From an uncultured bacterium (GTDB lineage Bacteria > Pseudomonadota > Gammaproteobacteria > Burkholderiales > SG8-39): a DNA stretch of 64,000 bases. Below are positions 27,899-38,035 of this stretch, piece after piece (position 1 is the stretch's first letter; each line of letters begins with the position of its first letter). The stretch is from positions 232 to 64,231 of the forward strand of contig CBDDRX010000041.1 in NCBI GenBank assembly GCA_965233165.1. The letters are read 5' to 3'. A model generated the notes under the pieces. That model was not told the origin of the DNA and made no database searches. It was given only the letters and a program-made list of their open reading frames with translations. The translations under genes and the position numbers were made by a program.

Positions 27899-30160
27899 AT
27901 GCCCATCTCGCTTCGGTTCGTCGTTCCCCTGGCTCTCGCCCTCGCGGCCATCGCGTACGCGGTGCAGCCGCTCGTCGACCGGCTCACCTTCCAGTGGTTC
28001 GTCCGCGACCTCGACGTGCGCGGCGAGCTGATCGCGAAGACGGCGCAGGAGCCGCTCATCGAGCTCATGCGCGAGCGGCGCGTGGCGCGCGAGCGCGTGG
28101 TGCGCTACTTCGAGCGGATCCTGCAGGGCGAGCGCGTGTTCGCGCTGGGCTTCTGCGATCCGTCGGGGAAGCTCGCGTACGCGACCTCGTCCTTCCCCCG
28201 CGCGGTGAGCTGCGCGCCCTCCGCGGCCGCGGAGTCGCGCAGCATCGTCCTGGAGCTCACCGACGGCCCCCTGCACGTCTCGTTCAACCCGATCGGCGCC
28301 GACGGCGCCCACTCCGGCCAGCTGGCCGTGGTGCACGACATGAGCTTCGTGCAGCGGCGCAGCGCCGACACCAAGAAGTACATCTTCTATCTCTTCGCGG
28401 CGATCGCCACGGTCGTGGCGCTGATCACGGTGGTGATCGCGGAGATCAGCTGGCGCGGCTGGGTGGCCGGGATGCAGGTGCTGCTCAAGGGCCAGACCCT
28501 GCTGCGCTCGCCGGAGGACATCCGGAAGGGCCTGCGCAGCACCGCGCCGGAGCTGCGGCCGATCGCGCGGGACCTGCAGGCGCTGGTGCGCGACCTCGAG
28601 GCGGAGCGCCAGTCGCGCGACGAGAGCCAGACGCTCTGGGGGCCGGAGGCGCTGCGCCGCATCCTGCGCCAGGACCTCAAGGAGGACGAGGTCCTCATCG
28701 TCTCGAACCGGGAGCCCTACATCCACACGCGGCGCAAGGACAACGTGATCGAGATCCAGCGCCCGGCGAGCGGCCTGGTGACGGCGCTCGAGCCGATCGT
28801 GCGCGCCTGCTCGGGAACCTGGATCGCGCACGGCGCCGGGTCCGCGGACCGCGACACGGTCGACAAGCACGACCACGTGATGGTGCCGCCCGAGCATCCC
28901 TCCTACCGCATCCGGCGCGTCTGGCTGTCGGAGGAAGAGGAGAAGGGCTATTACTTCGGCTTCGCGAACGAGGGGCTCTGGCCGCTCTGCCACATCGCGC
29001 ACACGCGGCCCATGTTCCGCGCCGAGGACTGGGAGCACTACAAGAACGTGAACCAGCGCTTCGCCGACACGGTCGTCGACGAGGCGAGGACCGAGGACCC
29101 GATCGTGCTCGTGCAGGACTATCATTTCGCGCTCCTGCCGCGCATGGTGCGCGAGCGGCTGCCGCGCGCGACGATCATCACCTTCTGGCACATCCCCTGG
29201 CCGAACCCCGAGGCCTTCGGCATCCTGCCCTGGCGCGAGGAGGTGCTGGAGGGCATGCTCGGGTCGTCGATCCTCGGCTTCCATACGCAGTACCACTGCA
29301 ACAACTTCTTCGACACCGTCGACCGCTTCCTCGAGGCGCGGGTCGACCGCGAGACGTTCTCGATCTCGTACGGCGGCGAGGCGACCGAGGTGCGGCGCTA
29401 CCCGATCTCGATCGAATGGCCGCCGGCGCCGCTCGCGGTGCAGGCGCCGGTCGAGGAGTGCCGGCGCCGGGTGCGCGAGCGCCTCGCCCTGCGTCCGGAC
29501 GTGAAGCTCGGGATCGGCGTCGACCGGCTGGACTACACGAAGGGGATCCTGGAGCGCTTCATGGCGATCGAGCGCCTGCTCGAGCTGGAGCCGCGCTGGG
29601 TCGGGCAGTTCGCGTTCCTGCAGGTCGCGGCCCCCTCGCGCTCCTCGATCGACGAGTACCAGAACCTGGATGCGCGCGTGCGCGAGCTCGCGGCGCGCAT
29701 CAACGCGCGCTTCGGGCGGCCGGGCTACCAGCCGATCCTCCTGAGGATCGAGCACCACGACGCAGCGCAGGTGTACGAGTTCTACCGCGCCGCGGAGCTG
29801 TGCTACGTCTCGAGCCTGCACGACGGCATGAACCTGGTCGCCAAGGAGTACGTCGCCGCGCGCGACGACGAGCAGGGCGTGCTGGTGCTTTCGCAGTTCA
29901 CCGGCGCGGCGCGCGAGCTCGCCGAGGCGCTGATCGTCAACCCGTACGACATCGAGCAGTCGGCCGCCGCGATGCACCTCGCGCTGACCATGTCGCCCGA
30001 CGAGCAGCGCACGCGCATGCGCAGCATGCGCAACCTCGTCCAGGAGTTCAACGTGTTCCGCTGGGCGGGGCGCATGCTCATCGACGCCGCCCGCATGCGC
30101 CATCGCCGGCGGGTGATGTCGCGGGCGCGCGCGGCCCGGCGCAAGGCGAACGCCGCATGA
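27899..30160 (+). CDS. otsA: trehalose-6-phosphate synthase (GT20) with N-terminal two-TM sensor-like extension
   Basis: The C-terminal ~470 aa is GT20 ([39 protein letters not shown]). The N-terminal ~280 aa has TM1, a ~160-aa loop, TM2 and a helical linker. Start at ATG 27899; GTG 27827 is an alternative. Confidence 0.88.
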   Translation: MPISLRFVVPLALALAAIAYAVQPLVDRLTFQWFVRDLDVRGELIAKTAQEPLIELMRERRVARERVVRYFERILQGERVFALGFCDPSGKLAYATSSFPRAVSCAPSAAAESRSIVLELTDGPLHVSFNPIGADGAHSGQLAVVHDMSFVQRRSADTKKYIFYLFAAIATVVALITVVIAEISWRGWVAGMQVLLKGQTLLRSPEDIRKGLRSTAPELRPIARDLQALVRDLEAERQSRDESQTLWGPEALRRILRQDLKEDEVLIVSNREPYIHTRRKDNVIEIQRPASGLVTALEPIVRACSGTWIAHGAGSADRDTVDKHDHVMVPPEHPSYRIRRVWLSEEEEKGYYFGFANEGLWPLCHIAHTRPMFRAEDWEHYKNVNQRFADTVVDEARTEDPIVLVQDYHFALLPRMVRERLPRATIITFWHIPWPNPEAFGILPWREEVLEGMLGSSILGFHTQYHCNNFFDTVDRFLEARVDRETFSISYGGEATEVRRYPISIEWPPAPLAVQAPVEECRRRVRERLALRPDVKLGIGVDRLDYTKGILERFMAIERLLELEPRWVGQFAFLQVAAPSRSSIDEYQNLDARVRELAARINARFGRPGYQPILLRIEHHDAAQVYEFYRAAELCYVSSLHDGMNLVAKEYVAARDDEQGVLVLSQFTGAARELAEALIVNPYDIEQSAAAMHLALTMSPDEQRTRMRSMRNLVQEFNVFRWAGRMLIDAARMRHRRRVMSRARAARRKANAA

Positions 30161-30930
30161 ACAGCACGCCGCCTTTCGACCCGCACTGGGCCTGGTTCCT
30201 GGACATCGACGGCACCCTGCTCGACATCGCCGCGATTCCCGCCGCGGTAAAGACCGGGCCCTCCGACACGCGCCTCGTCACGGGGCTGTACTCGGCGGCC
30301 CGCGGCGCGGTCGCGCTCATCAGCGGGCGCGCCATCCACGGCATCGACAAGCTCTTCTACCCGCTGCGCCTGCCGGCCGCCGGCCAGCACGGCATCGAGC
30401 GTCGCGATGCAAAGGGCCGCATCCACCACCATCCCTTCCCGGAGGCCGCGATGCGCCGCGCCGCCGCCGACATCCGCGCGTTCGCCGAGCGGCACCAGGG
30501 CCTCATCTTCGAGGACAAGGGCGCGAGCCTCGCGCTGCACTACCGCCTCGCACCGAACCTCGCGAGCGCGGTGCATGCGGTCATGCACAAGGCCGCGCAG
30601 CACCTGGGCGAGGGCGTCGAAGTGCAGGGCGGCAAGATGGTCGCCGAGCTCAAGCCCTCCGGCCGCGACAAGGGGATCGCCATCGAGGAGTTCATGCACG
30701 AAGCCCCCTTCAAGGGCCGCACGCCGGTCTTCCTGGGCGACGATCTCACCGACGAGGACGGCTTCCACGTCGTGAACCGCCTGGGCGGCCATTCGATCAA
30801 GATCGGCCCCGGCGTGACCTCGGCGCGCTGGCGCCTGCGCGATGCCGCCGCGGTGCGCGCGTGGCTGGCCCACGCGCTCGAGCAGAAGCCGCCGGAGGAT
30901 CGCCGCACGCTGCGCGCCCAGGCGCCCTGA
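30157..30930 (+). CDS. otsB: trehalose-6-phosphate phosphatase
   Basis: 257 aa. HAD motifs [10 protein letters not shown] and [10 protein letters not shown]. The ATG overlaps the otsA stop (ATGA). Confidence 0.88.
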   Translation: MNSTPPFDPHWAWFLDIDGTLLDIAAIPAAVKTGPSDTRLVTGLYSAARGAVALISGRAIHGIDKLFYPLRLPAAGQHGIERRDAKGRIHHHPFPEAAMRRAAADIRAFAERHQGLIFEDKGASLALHYRLAPNLASAVHAVMHKAAQHLGEGVEVQGGKMVAELKPSGRDKGIAIEEFMHEAPFKGRTPVFLGDDLTDEDGFHVVNRLGGHSIKIGPGVTSARWRLRDAAAVRAWLAHALEQKPPEDRRTLRAQAP

Positions 30931-30952
30931 GCCTCCCGTGAGCGAGGCACGG

Positions 30953-31786
30953 ATGGGCGTCGATCTGGGCGGGACGAAGATCGTGCTCGCGGTGCTCGAT
31001 CCCGCCGGCCGCGAGATCGCGCGGCGCCGGGTGCCGACGCCCCATTCCGGCTACGACGTGGCGCTCGATATCCTCGCCCGGCAGGTGCTCGAGGTCGAGC
31101 GGGAAGCAGGCGTGCCCTGCAGCGTCGGCATCGGCATGCCGGGCGCCGTCTCGCCGCGCAGCGGGCGCGTCTTCAACGCCTACAACACGCCGTACAACGG
31201 GCGGCGGCTGAAGCACGACCTCGAGGCGCGCCTGAAGCGCGAGGTGCGCTTCGCCAACGACGCCAATTGCTTCGTGCTCTCCGAGGCCGTCGACGGTGCC
31301 GCGCAAGGCGCGGCGGTCGTCTTCGGCGCGATCTTCGGCACCGGGGTTGGCGGCGGCATCGCGGTCGGCGCAAAGGTGCTGTCCGGGCGCAACGGCATCG
31401 CCGGCGAATGGGGACATACCCCGCTCCCCTGGATGAAGCCGGACGAGTATCCGGGCCCGCCTTGCTTCTGCGGCCGCAGCGGCTGCATCGAGCAGCTCTG
31501 CGCCGGGCCGGCGCTCGCCCTGCTGAAGGAGGCGACGGGCAACGAAGAGGTTGCCCTGCTGCGCTACGAGGACCGCCTGGCGCGCGCGCTCTCGCTGGTG
31601 GTGAACTTCCTCGACCCGGACGTCATCGTGGTCGGCGGCGGGGTCTCGAACGTCGACCGCCTGTTCATGAACGTGCCGAAGCTGCTGCCCGACTACGTCT
31701 ATTCGGATAATCCCGACGTGCGCCTGGTACGCGCGAAGCACGGCGACGCGAGCGGCGTTCGCGGGGCTGCGATGCTATGGCCCTAG
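30953..31786 (+). CDS. ROK-family sugar kinase (glucokinase/fructokinase/NagK-like)
   Basis: Motifs: [15 protein letters not shown], and the ROK zinc motif [14 protein letters not shown] 30938 is an alternative start. Confidence 0.8.
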   Translation: MGVDLGGTKIVLAVLDPAGREIARRRVPTPHSGYDVALDILARQVLEVEREAGVPCSVGIGMPGAVSPRSGRVFNAYNTPYNGRRLKHDLEARLKREVRFANDANCFVLSEAVDGAAQGAAVVFGAIFGTGVGGGIAVGAKVLSGRNGIAGEWGHTPLPWMKPDEYPGPPCFCGRSGCIEQLCAGPALALLKEATGNEEVALLRYEDRLARALSLVVNFLDPDVIVVGGGVSNVDRLFMNVPKLLPDYVYSDNPDVRLVRAKHGDASGVRGAAMLWP

Positions 31787-32392
31787 GGCGCTCGTGATTA
31801 GACGGAGGTCTTCCACGAGCTGGCGGAAGGCCGCCTCCTTCTCCCCGGCGTCGCGCAGGCGCAGCAGCGCCGAGGGATGGAACGTCGCGAATACGCGCGG
31901 CGCGAGGGTGCTGTCGACGAACCGGCCGCGCTGGGTGGACACCTTGAAATGCGGGCCGATGACCGCCTTCGCCGCCGTCGCGCCGAGGCAGGCGATCACC
32001 TGCGGCCGCACGGCGGCGATCTCCCCTTCGAGCCACTGGCGGCAGGCGTCGATCTCGCGCTGCGCCGGGGTCTTGTGCAGGCGGCGCTTGCCCCGCAGCT
32101 GCCACTTGAAATGCTTCACCGCGTTCGTGACGTAGAGCTGGCCGCGCTCGACGCCCGCGGCTTCAAGCGCCCTGTCGAGGAGTTGCCCGGCCGGGCCGAC
32201 GAAAGGGTGGCCCTGGCGGTCTTCCGCATCGCCGGGCTGCTCGCCGACCAGCATCGCGCGCGCGTGCGCAGCGCCTTCGCCGAACACGGTCTGCGTCGCG
32301 TTCGCCCAGAGCGGGCAGTCCCGGCAGCGCCTGGCCTGGTCGCGCAACGCCTGCAGGGATTTCGCCATCGCAAGCTTAGAATCGCCGTTCAC
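31775..32392 (-). CDS. udgX: family-4-like uracil-DNA glycosylase of the UdgX type
   Basis: 205 aa. Fe-S cysteines CRDCPL, motif A GEQPG, then VTNAVKHFKW followed by a GKRRLHKTP loop (compare KRRIH of UdgX), motif B HPSALLR. GTG start; ATG 32368 is an alternative. Confidence 0.78.
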   Translation of the reverse strand: MNGDSKLAMAKSLQALRDQARRCRDCPLWANATQTVFGEGAAHARAMLVGEQPGDAEDRQGHPFVGPAGQLLDRALEAAGVERGQLYVTNAVKHFKWQLRGKRRLHKTPAQREIDACRQWLEGEIAAVRPQVIACLGATAAKAVIGPHFKVSTQRGRFVDSTLAPRVFATFHPSALLRLRDAGEKEAAFRQLVEDLRLITSALGP

Positions 32393-32406
32393 CAGGAGGT
32401 TCTGCC

Positions 32407-33375
32407 TTGAAGATCGCGGTGCTCACGAGCGGTGGCGACGCCCCCGGCATGAATGCGGCGATACGCGCGGTCACGCGCGGGGCGCTGGCGAAGGGCTGGC
32501 AGGTATCCGGGGTGCGCAATGGGTACGCCGGGCTCCTCGCCGGGGCGCTCGATCCCCTGCAGGCGCGCGATGTCGGCGGCATCGTCCAGCACGGCGGCAC
32601 GGTTCTGGGCAGCGCGCGCTCCCCCGAGTTCGCGCAGCCCGCCGGCCGCGCCGCCGCGCTGCGCAACCTCGCCGAGCGCGGCATCGAGGCCCTGGTCGTC
32701 ATCGGCGGCAACGGCTCGCAGACCGGCAACCATTCCCTGCACAAGGAGGGCTTGCGCGTGGTCGGCGTGCCCTCGACCATCGACAACGACCTCTACGGCA
32801 CCGACGTCAGCATCGGCTCCGACACCGCGGTGAACATCACGCTGGAAGCCATCGACCGGCTGCGCACCACCGCGTCGTCGCACCAGCGCGCATTCGCGGT
32901 CGAGACGATGGGCCGCGACTGCGGCTACATCGCGCTGATCGCCGGCCTCGCCGGCGGTGCGGAAGTCATCGCGCTGCCGGAGGGCGAGATCACCCCGGCC
33001 GAGGTCGCCGAGCGCATGCGCGCGGCGCACCGCCGCGGCAAGAAGCACGCCCTGATCGTCATAGCGGAAGGGGCGCGCTGCGGCGTCAAGGAGCTGATGC
33101 AGCACTACGAGAAGGAGCGCGCCTCCATCGGCTTCGACCTGCGCGTGACCCGCCTGGGGCACGTCGTGCGCGGCGGGTCGCCCACGGCCGCGGACCGCGT
33201 GCTCGCGACGCGGCTGGGGGCGGCGGCGATCGATGCGCTGGAGCGCGGGGAAAGCGGCGTGCTGGTCGGCATGAGCTGCAACGCGATCGCCACGACCCCG
33301 CTGGAGGACATCGCCGGCCGCACGCGCCCCGCCGACGAGGCGCTGCTCGAGCTGGCGCGCACGATGGCGATCTAG
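32407..33375 (+). CDS. pfkA: 6-phosphofructokinase
   Basis: 322 aa. TTG start 7 nt after AGGAGG. Motifs: LTSGGDAPGMNAAIR, TIDNDL, MGRDCGYIAL, GHVVRGG. Confidence 0.88.
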   Translation: MKIAVLTSGGDAPGMNAAIRAVTRGALAKGWQVSGVRNGYAGLLAGALDPLQARDVGGIVQHGGTVLGSARSPEFAQPAGRAAALRNLAERGIEALVVIGGNGSQTGNHSLHKEGLRVVGVPSTIDNDLYGTDVSIGSDTAVNITLEAIDRLRTTASSHQRAFAVETMGRDCGYIALIAGLAGGAEVIALPEGEITPAEVAERMRAAHRRGKKHALIVIAEGARCGVKELMQHYEKERASIGFDLRVTRLGHVVRGGSPTAADRVLATRLGAAAIDALERGESGVLVGMSCNAIATTPLEDIAGRTRPADEALLELARTMAI

Positions 33376-34629
33376 CTAGGCGAGGCCCTCGAAGAGCTGC
33401 ACGCTGACGGCCTCGCCGGCGGCCACCTTGCCGCGGTCGTGCTCGAGGACGATGAAGCAGTTCGCCTCGGACATCGAGCGCAGCACGCCGGAGCCCTGCT
33501 GCCCGGTCGTGCGCACCTTCCACGCGCCGCCCTCCTCGAACAGCACGCCCCGCTGGTATTCGGTTCTTCCCGGGACTTTCCGCATCGGCTCGGCCGCGCT
33601 TGCCTGCAACAAGGGAATCCCGAAATCGCTCCTGCCGGAGAGAAAAAGCAGGGCGGGACGGACGAACTGGTAGAAGGTCACCATCACGGCCACGGGATTG
33701 CCCGGCAGGCCGAACAGATATGCGTTGCCCACTTTGCCGAACGCCATCGGGCGGCCCGGGCGCATGGCGATCTTCCAGAACAGCACCTCGCCCAGCTTGC
33801 CCATCAGCTGCTTCACGAAATCCGCCTCGCCCACCGCGACGCCGCCGGTGGTCACCACCACGTCGGCGCGCCGCGAGCCCTCGAGGAACGCCTTCTCCAG
33901 GGCGGCGGGCTCGTCGCGCACGACGCCCAGATCGTGGATCTCGACGCCGAGGCGCGACAGCATGCCGTGCAGCGTGTAGCGGTTGGAGTCGTAGACCTCG
34001 CCCTCCCGGAGGGGCGTGCCGATCGATGCCAGCTCGTCCCCGGTCGAGAAGAACGCGACGCGCAGCCGGCGCCGCACCTTCACCTCTGCGATCCCGAGCG
34101 AGGCGATGAGGCCGAGGTCCGCGGGGCGCAGGAGGCGGCCCGGCGAGAGCACGGGCACGCCGATCCTGAGATCCTCGCCCGCGCCGCGGACGTGCTGGCC
34201 CGCCTTCTGCCCGGGCGGCACGGCGATCCGGGCGCCGTCCTTCTTCACGACTTCCTGGATGACCACCGTGTCGGATCCGGCGGGCATCACCGCGCCGGTC
34301 ATGATGCGCACGCACTGCCCGGGTCCCACGCTGCCGGCGAAGGGCCTGCCGGCGAGCGCGGTGCCGATCTCCTCCAGCGCGACCGCGGAGGCGGCCAGGT
34401 CGGCGAAACGCACTGCGTACCCGTCCATCGCCGAGTTGTCGTGCGCGGGGACGTTGATCGGCGGCACGATGTCCTGCGCCAGCACGCGCCCGAGGGCGTC
34501 GCGGGTCTTCACCGCCTCGGTCTGCGCCACCGGGACGAGGCAGCGGCGGATTGCCTCGCCGGCCTTGTCGACGCGCAGGGCGTCCGGGTCGTAGCCGTCT
34601 AGGCAGCTCACGGTCTCGGCGATCTTCAC
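33376..34629 (-). CDS. moeA: molybdopterin molybdenumtransferase (paralogue 1)
   Basis: 417 aa. GTG 34629 overlaps the mobA stop (GTGA). Motifs: DNSAMDGYAV, TTGGVAVGEADF, KIAMRPGRPMAFG, GLPGNPVA. Confidence 0.88.
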   Translation of the reverse strand: MKIAETVSCLDGYDPDALRVDKAGEAIRRCLVPVAQTEAVKTRDALGRVLAQDIVPPINVPAHDNSAMDGYAVRFADLAASAVALEEIGTALAGRPFAGSVGPGQCVRIMTGAVMPAGSDTVVIQEVVKKDGARIAVPPGQKAGQHVRGAGEDLRIGVPVLSPGRLLRPADLGLIASLGIAEVKVRRRLRVAFFSTGDELASIGTPLREGEVYDSNRYTLHGMLSRLGVEIHDLGVVRDEPAALEKAFLEGSRRADVVVTTGGVAVGEADFVKQLMGKLGEVLFWKIAMRPGRPMAFGKVGNAYLFGLPGNPVAVMVTFYQFVRPALLFLSGRSDFGIPLLQASAAEPMRKVPGRTEYQRGVLFEEGGAWKVRTTGQQGSGVLRSMSEANCFIVLEHDRGKVAAGEAVSVQLFEGLA

Positions 34630-35186
34630 TCGCGGTTCAGCTCTTCGAGCGTGTTGATGTTCCGGAAGGCGTCCGCCTCGTCGTCGAAGCGAACCTCCAC
34701 GTGCCGCAGCGCGCCGTACCAGGCGTCGATCTTGCGGCCGCCGCCGCCCAGGAACGCTTCGAGATTGTCCACGACGCGCCTGCGCACGAGCGCGAACACC
34801 GGGTGCGCCTGGTCGCCGGTCCTCGCGACCGCGACGTCGTTCTCCCCGAGGCCCTGCGCCAGGCGCGCGGCGAGGTCGGCCGGGAGGAAGGGCGAATCGC
34901 AAGGCACCGTCAGCACCAGCGGATTGCGTGCGACCTTCAGCCCGGCATGCAGACCGGCGAGGGGCCCTGCAAAGCCGGAAACTTCGTCGCCCACGACGCG
35001 ATGGCCGAGCTGCGCGTAGCGCTCGGCGTTCTGGTTCGCGTTGATGACCACCTCGTCGACCTGCGGGACGAGGCGCGCGAGAACGTGCTCGACCATCGGC
35101 CGCCCGCGCAATAGCTGCAGGCCCTTGTCCACGCCCCCCATGCGGCGGCCCTGGCCGCCGGCTAGGACGATGCCGGTGACCGTCAT
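34626..35186 (-). CDS. mobA: molybdenum cofactor guanylyltransferase
   Basis: 186 aa. Motifs: IVLAGGQGRRMGGVDKGL and VPCDSPFLP. The ATG overlaps the stop of the upstream AraC gene (ATGA). Confidence 0.88.
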   Translation of the reverse strand: MTVTGIVLAGGQGRRMGGVDKGLQLLRGRPMVEHVLARLVPQVDEVVINANQNAERYAQLGHRVVGDEVSGFAGPLAGLHAGLKVARNPLVLTVPCDSPFLPADLAARLAQGLGENDVAVARTGDQAHPVFALVRRRVVDNLEAFLGGGGRKIDAWYGALRHVEVRFDDEADAFRNINTLEELNRE

Positions 35187-35986
35187 GCGGAGGCGACGCG
35201 GAAGCGCGACGGCGGGGCGCCCAGCTCGCGCCGGAACATGGCGCTGAACGCGGAGGGGCTGTCGTAGCCGAGCTCGATCGCCACTTCGAGGATCGGCCGC
35301 CCTTCGGCGATCCAGCCGAGGGCGCGCAGCAGGCGCGCGCGCCGTCGCCACGCGGCGAAGCTCATCCCGGTTTCGCGCCTGAAGTAGCGCGCGAGCGTGC
35401 GCGCGCTCAGGCCGTCGGCGAGCTCGGCGAGCGTGGCGGTATCGCTCGGCGCATCGAGCAGGCGCCGGCAGATCGGCGCGAGCGGGGCGGCCTTCGGCAT
35501 GGGCAGGTGGTAGGGCAGGCGCTCGAGCGATGCAAGCTCGTCGAGCAGCAGGTGCATCACGCGCCCGGCCGGTCCGCGCTCGTCGTATTCGCGCGGCAGC
35601 TCCGTGGCGCGCAGGATGAGCTCGCGCAGGAGCGGCGTGACCTCGAGGACCTCGCAGGTGGCGGGCATCCGGCCGGCGGCGTCGGGCCGCACGTAGAGGC
35701 TGCGCAACTCCACTGCACCGGAGGCCTTGAGCCGGTGCAGCACCGTGGGCGGCATCCAGACGGCGCGTTGCGGCGGCACGACCCACGTGGCATCGCGCGT
35801 ATCCACGGTCATGACGCCGCGCGCCGCATAGACGAGCTGGTAGCGGGGATGGCTGTGCCAGTCGATCTCGTGCGCGGGCGCAAGGTCCGTCGCGAGCGCG
35901 ACGACCGGGCGCGGCACGGACATGTAGGCATTCGCCCGCCCGGCCGGGCGGGCCGCCGGGGCGGCTTGTCCGAGGCGTTGTCTCAT
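35183..35986 (-). CDS. AraC-family transcriptional regulator (cupin N-terminus)
   Basis: 267 aa. N-terminal cupin-like region (WHSHPRYQLVY) and a C-terminal double HTH (ELGYDSPSAFSAMFRRELG). The internal ATG (MSVPRP...) is an alternative start. Confidence 0.8.
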   Translation of the reverse strand: MRQRLGQAAPAARPAGRANAYMSVPRPVVALATDLAPAHEIDWHSHPRYQLVYAARGVMTVDTRDATWVVPPQRAVWMPPTVLHRLKASGAVELRSLYVRPDAAGRMPATCEVLEVTPLLRELILRATELPREYDERGPAGRVMHLLLDELASLERLPYHLPMPKAAPLAPICRRLLDAPSDTATLAELADGLSARTLARYFRRETGMSFAAWRRRARLLRALGWIAEGRPILEVAIELGYDSPSAFSAMFRRELGAPPSRFRVASA

Positions 35987-36048
35987 TCTCGACAGGGATT
36001 GTCCGATGGTCGCGAGACGGACGCAAGGGTGGCGGCTAGGATGCGCGC

Positions 36049-37239
36049 ATGAGACGCGACTACCTCGTGCCGTTCATCAATCTCGGGCACCTGCTCGACC
36101 ACCTGGTCATGCTGGTGTTCCCCACCGTCGTGATCGCCCTGGCGCGCGAATGGGACCGGCCCTACTCGGAGCTCCTGCCGCTCTCGCTCGGCGGGTTCAT
36201 CGCCTTCGGCGCGTTCGCGCTGCCCGCCGGCTGGCTCGCCGACCACTGGAGCCGCTACAAGATGATGGCCGTGTTCTTCTTCGGCATCGGCCTGTCGCTC
36301 TTCCTCACCGGCTTCGCGCAGACCTCTTGGCAGATCGCCGCCGGGCTGACGCTCACCGGCATGTTCGCCGCGATCTACCACCCGGTCGGCATTGCGATGC
36401 TGGTCGCCGCGCCGAAGAACCTCGGTCGCGCGCTCGGCTGGAACGGCCTGTGGGGCAACCTGGGCCTCGCCACCGCGGCGATCGTCTCCGGCGCGCTGAT
36501 GGACCTCTGGGGCTGGCGCGCGGCGTTCTTCATCCCCGGCCTGCTCTCGGTAGCGGTCGGCGTGGGCTTCCTCGCCCTCGTCCCGGACCCCGGGCCGGTG
36601 GTGAAGAAGTCGAAGACCATCGGCCTGCACGTCGACGCGCGCACCATGACGCAGATCTTCGCCATCCTGCTCATCGCCACGGCCTGCGGCGGGATCATCT
36701 TCAACTCGACGACGGTGGCGATGCCGAAGGTGTTCGACGAGCGCCTGCGCGCGCTCACTCAGACGAGCCTCGGCATCGGCGCTCTCGTCGCGGTCGTCTA
36801 TACGGTCGCCGCCTTCGCCCAGGTGGTGATGGGCAACCTCATCGACCGCTTCGAGATGAAGCGGCTGATGATCGCGGTGGGCCTGACGCAGATCCCGCTG
36901 CTCGCCCTCGCGGCGATGCTCGACGGCTGGGCGCTGCTCGTCGTCGCGCTGTGCATGATGATGGCGATCTTCGGCCAGATCCCGCTCAACGACGCCATCG
37001 TCGGCCGCTACGTCGCGGACGAGTACCGGGCGCGCGCGCTGTCGGTACGCTACGTCGTCTCGCTGGGGGTCGCGGCGGTCGCGGTGCCGCTGATCGCCGT
37101 CCTGCATCGGACGGAGGGAGGCTTCCGGAACGTGTTCCTGGTGCTCGCCGCCCTCGCGGCGGCGGTCCTGCTATCCGCGGCGTTCTTTCCCTCGCGGGAC
37201 AAGCTCAGGCGAGCGCCGTCGGCTGCGGCAGCGACCTGA
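36049..37239 (+). CDS. MFS transporter
   Basis: 396 aa with 12 predicted TM segments and an MFS loop motif (GWLADHWSRYK). Confidence 0.8.
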   Translation: MRRDYLVPFINLGHLLDHLVMLVFPTVVIALAREWDRPYSELLPLSLGGFIAFGAFALPAGWLADHWSRYKMMAVFFFGIGLSLFLTGFAQTSWQIAAGLTLTGMFAAIYHPVGIAMLVAAPKNLGRALGWNGLWGNLGLATAAIVSGALMDLWGWRAAFFIPGLLSVAVGVGFLALVPDPGPVVKKSKTIGLHVDARTMTQIFAILLIATACGGIIFNSTTVAMPKVFDERLRALTQTSLGIGALVAVVYTVAAFAQVVMGNLIDRFEMKRLMIAVGLTQIPLLALAAMLDGWALLVVALCMMMAIFGQIPLNDAIVGRYVADEYRARALSVRYVVSLGVAAVAVPLIAVLHRTEGGFRNVFLVLAALAAAVLLSAAFFPSRDKLRRAPSAAAAT

Positions 37240-38035
37240 CGAGGCGTTCCTTTCCCGTGAACGCCAGGTAGTGCCGGTCGCTGGCGCGGCCGAGCATCGT
37301 AAGGTTCACCTTCTTCGCGATCTGGTGTCCCATGTGGGTGAGGCCCGAGCGCGAGACGAGGATCGGGATGCGCATCTGCGCGCACTTGATCACCATCTCG
37401 GAGGTGAGGCGCCCCGTGGTGTAGAAGACCTTGTCCGCGCCGTCGATGCCGTCGAGCCACATGAAGCCGGCGATCGCGTCCACCGCGTTGTGGCGGCCGA
37501 CGTCCTCGACGAACATCAGGATCTCGCCCTCGGTGGTCGCCAGCGCGCAGCCGTGCACCGCGCCCGACTGCTTGTAGATCGTCTCGTGCTTGCGGACCTT
37601 GTCGAGGAGCGCGAACAGCTTCTCGTCGGTCATCCGCACGTCCTTCGCGAGCTGGATCCCGTCGAGGTCTTCCATCAGGTCGCCGAAGACCGTGCCCTGG
37701 CCGCATCCGGTGGTGACGGTCCGCCGGCCCATGACGGCGTCGATATCCTTCGCGCGGCGCGTGGTGACGGCGGCCGCATCGGCTTCCCAGTCCACCTGGA
37801 CCGCGTCGAGGTCCTCGACGGCATCCACGAGGCGCTGGTTGCGCAGGTAGCCGACGACCAGGGCTTCGGGTGCATGGCCGAGCGTCATCAGCGTGACGAT
37901 CTCGCGCTTGTCGAGGTAGACGGTAAGGGGATGCTCGCCGGCGATCGCGGTCGGCACCATCTCGCCGCGCTCGTTGTAGGCCTCGACCTCGAAGGTCGCA
38001 GGTCGCGCCGCATCGGTCAGCTGCGGCCTAGCCAC
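37205..38035 (-). CDS. fdhD: formate dehydrogenase accessory sulfurtransferase
   Basis: 276 aa. Motifs: [11 protein letters not shown] and [11 protein letters not shown]. It overlaps the moaA stop by 8 nt. Confidence 0.88.
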   Translation of the reverse strand: MARPQLTDAARPATFEVEAYNERGEMVPTAIAGEHPLTVYLDKREIVTLMTLGHAPEALVVGYLRNQRLVDAVEDLDAVQVDWEADAAAVTTRRAKDIDAVMGRRTVTTGCGQGTVFGDLMEDLDGIQLAKDVRMTDEKLFALLDKVRKHETIYKQSGAVHGCALATTEGEILMFVEDVGRHNAVDAIAGFMWLDGIDGADKVFYTTGRLTSEMVIKCAQMRIPILVSRSGLTHMGHQIAKKVNLTMLGRASDRHYLAFTGKERLVRSLPQPTALA

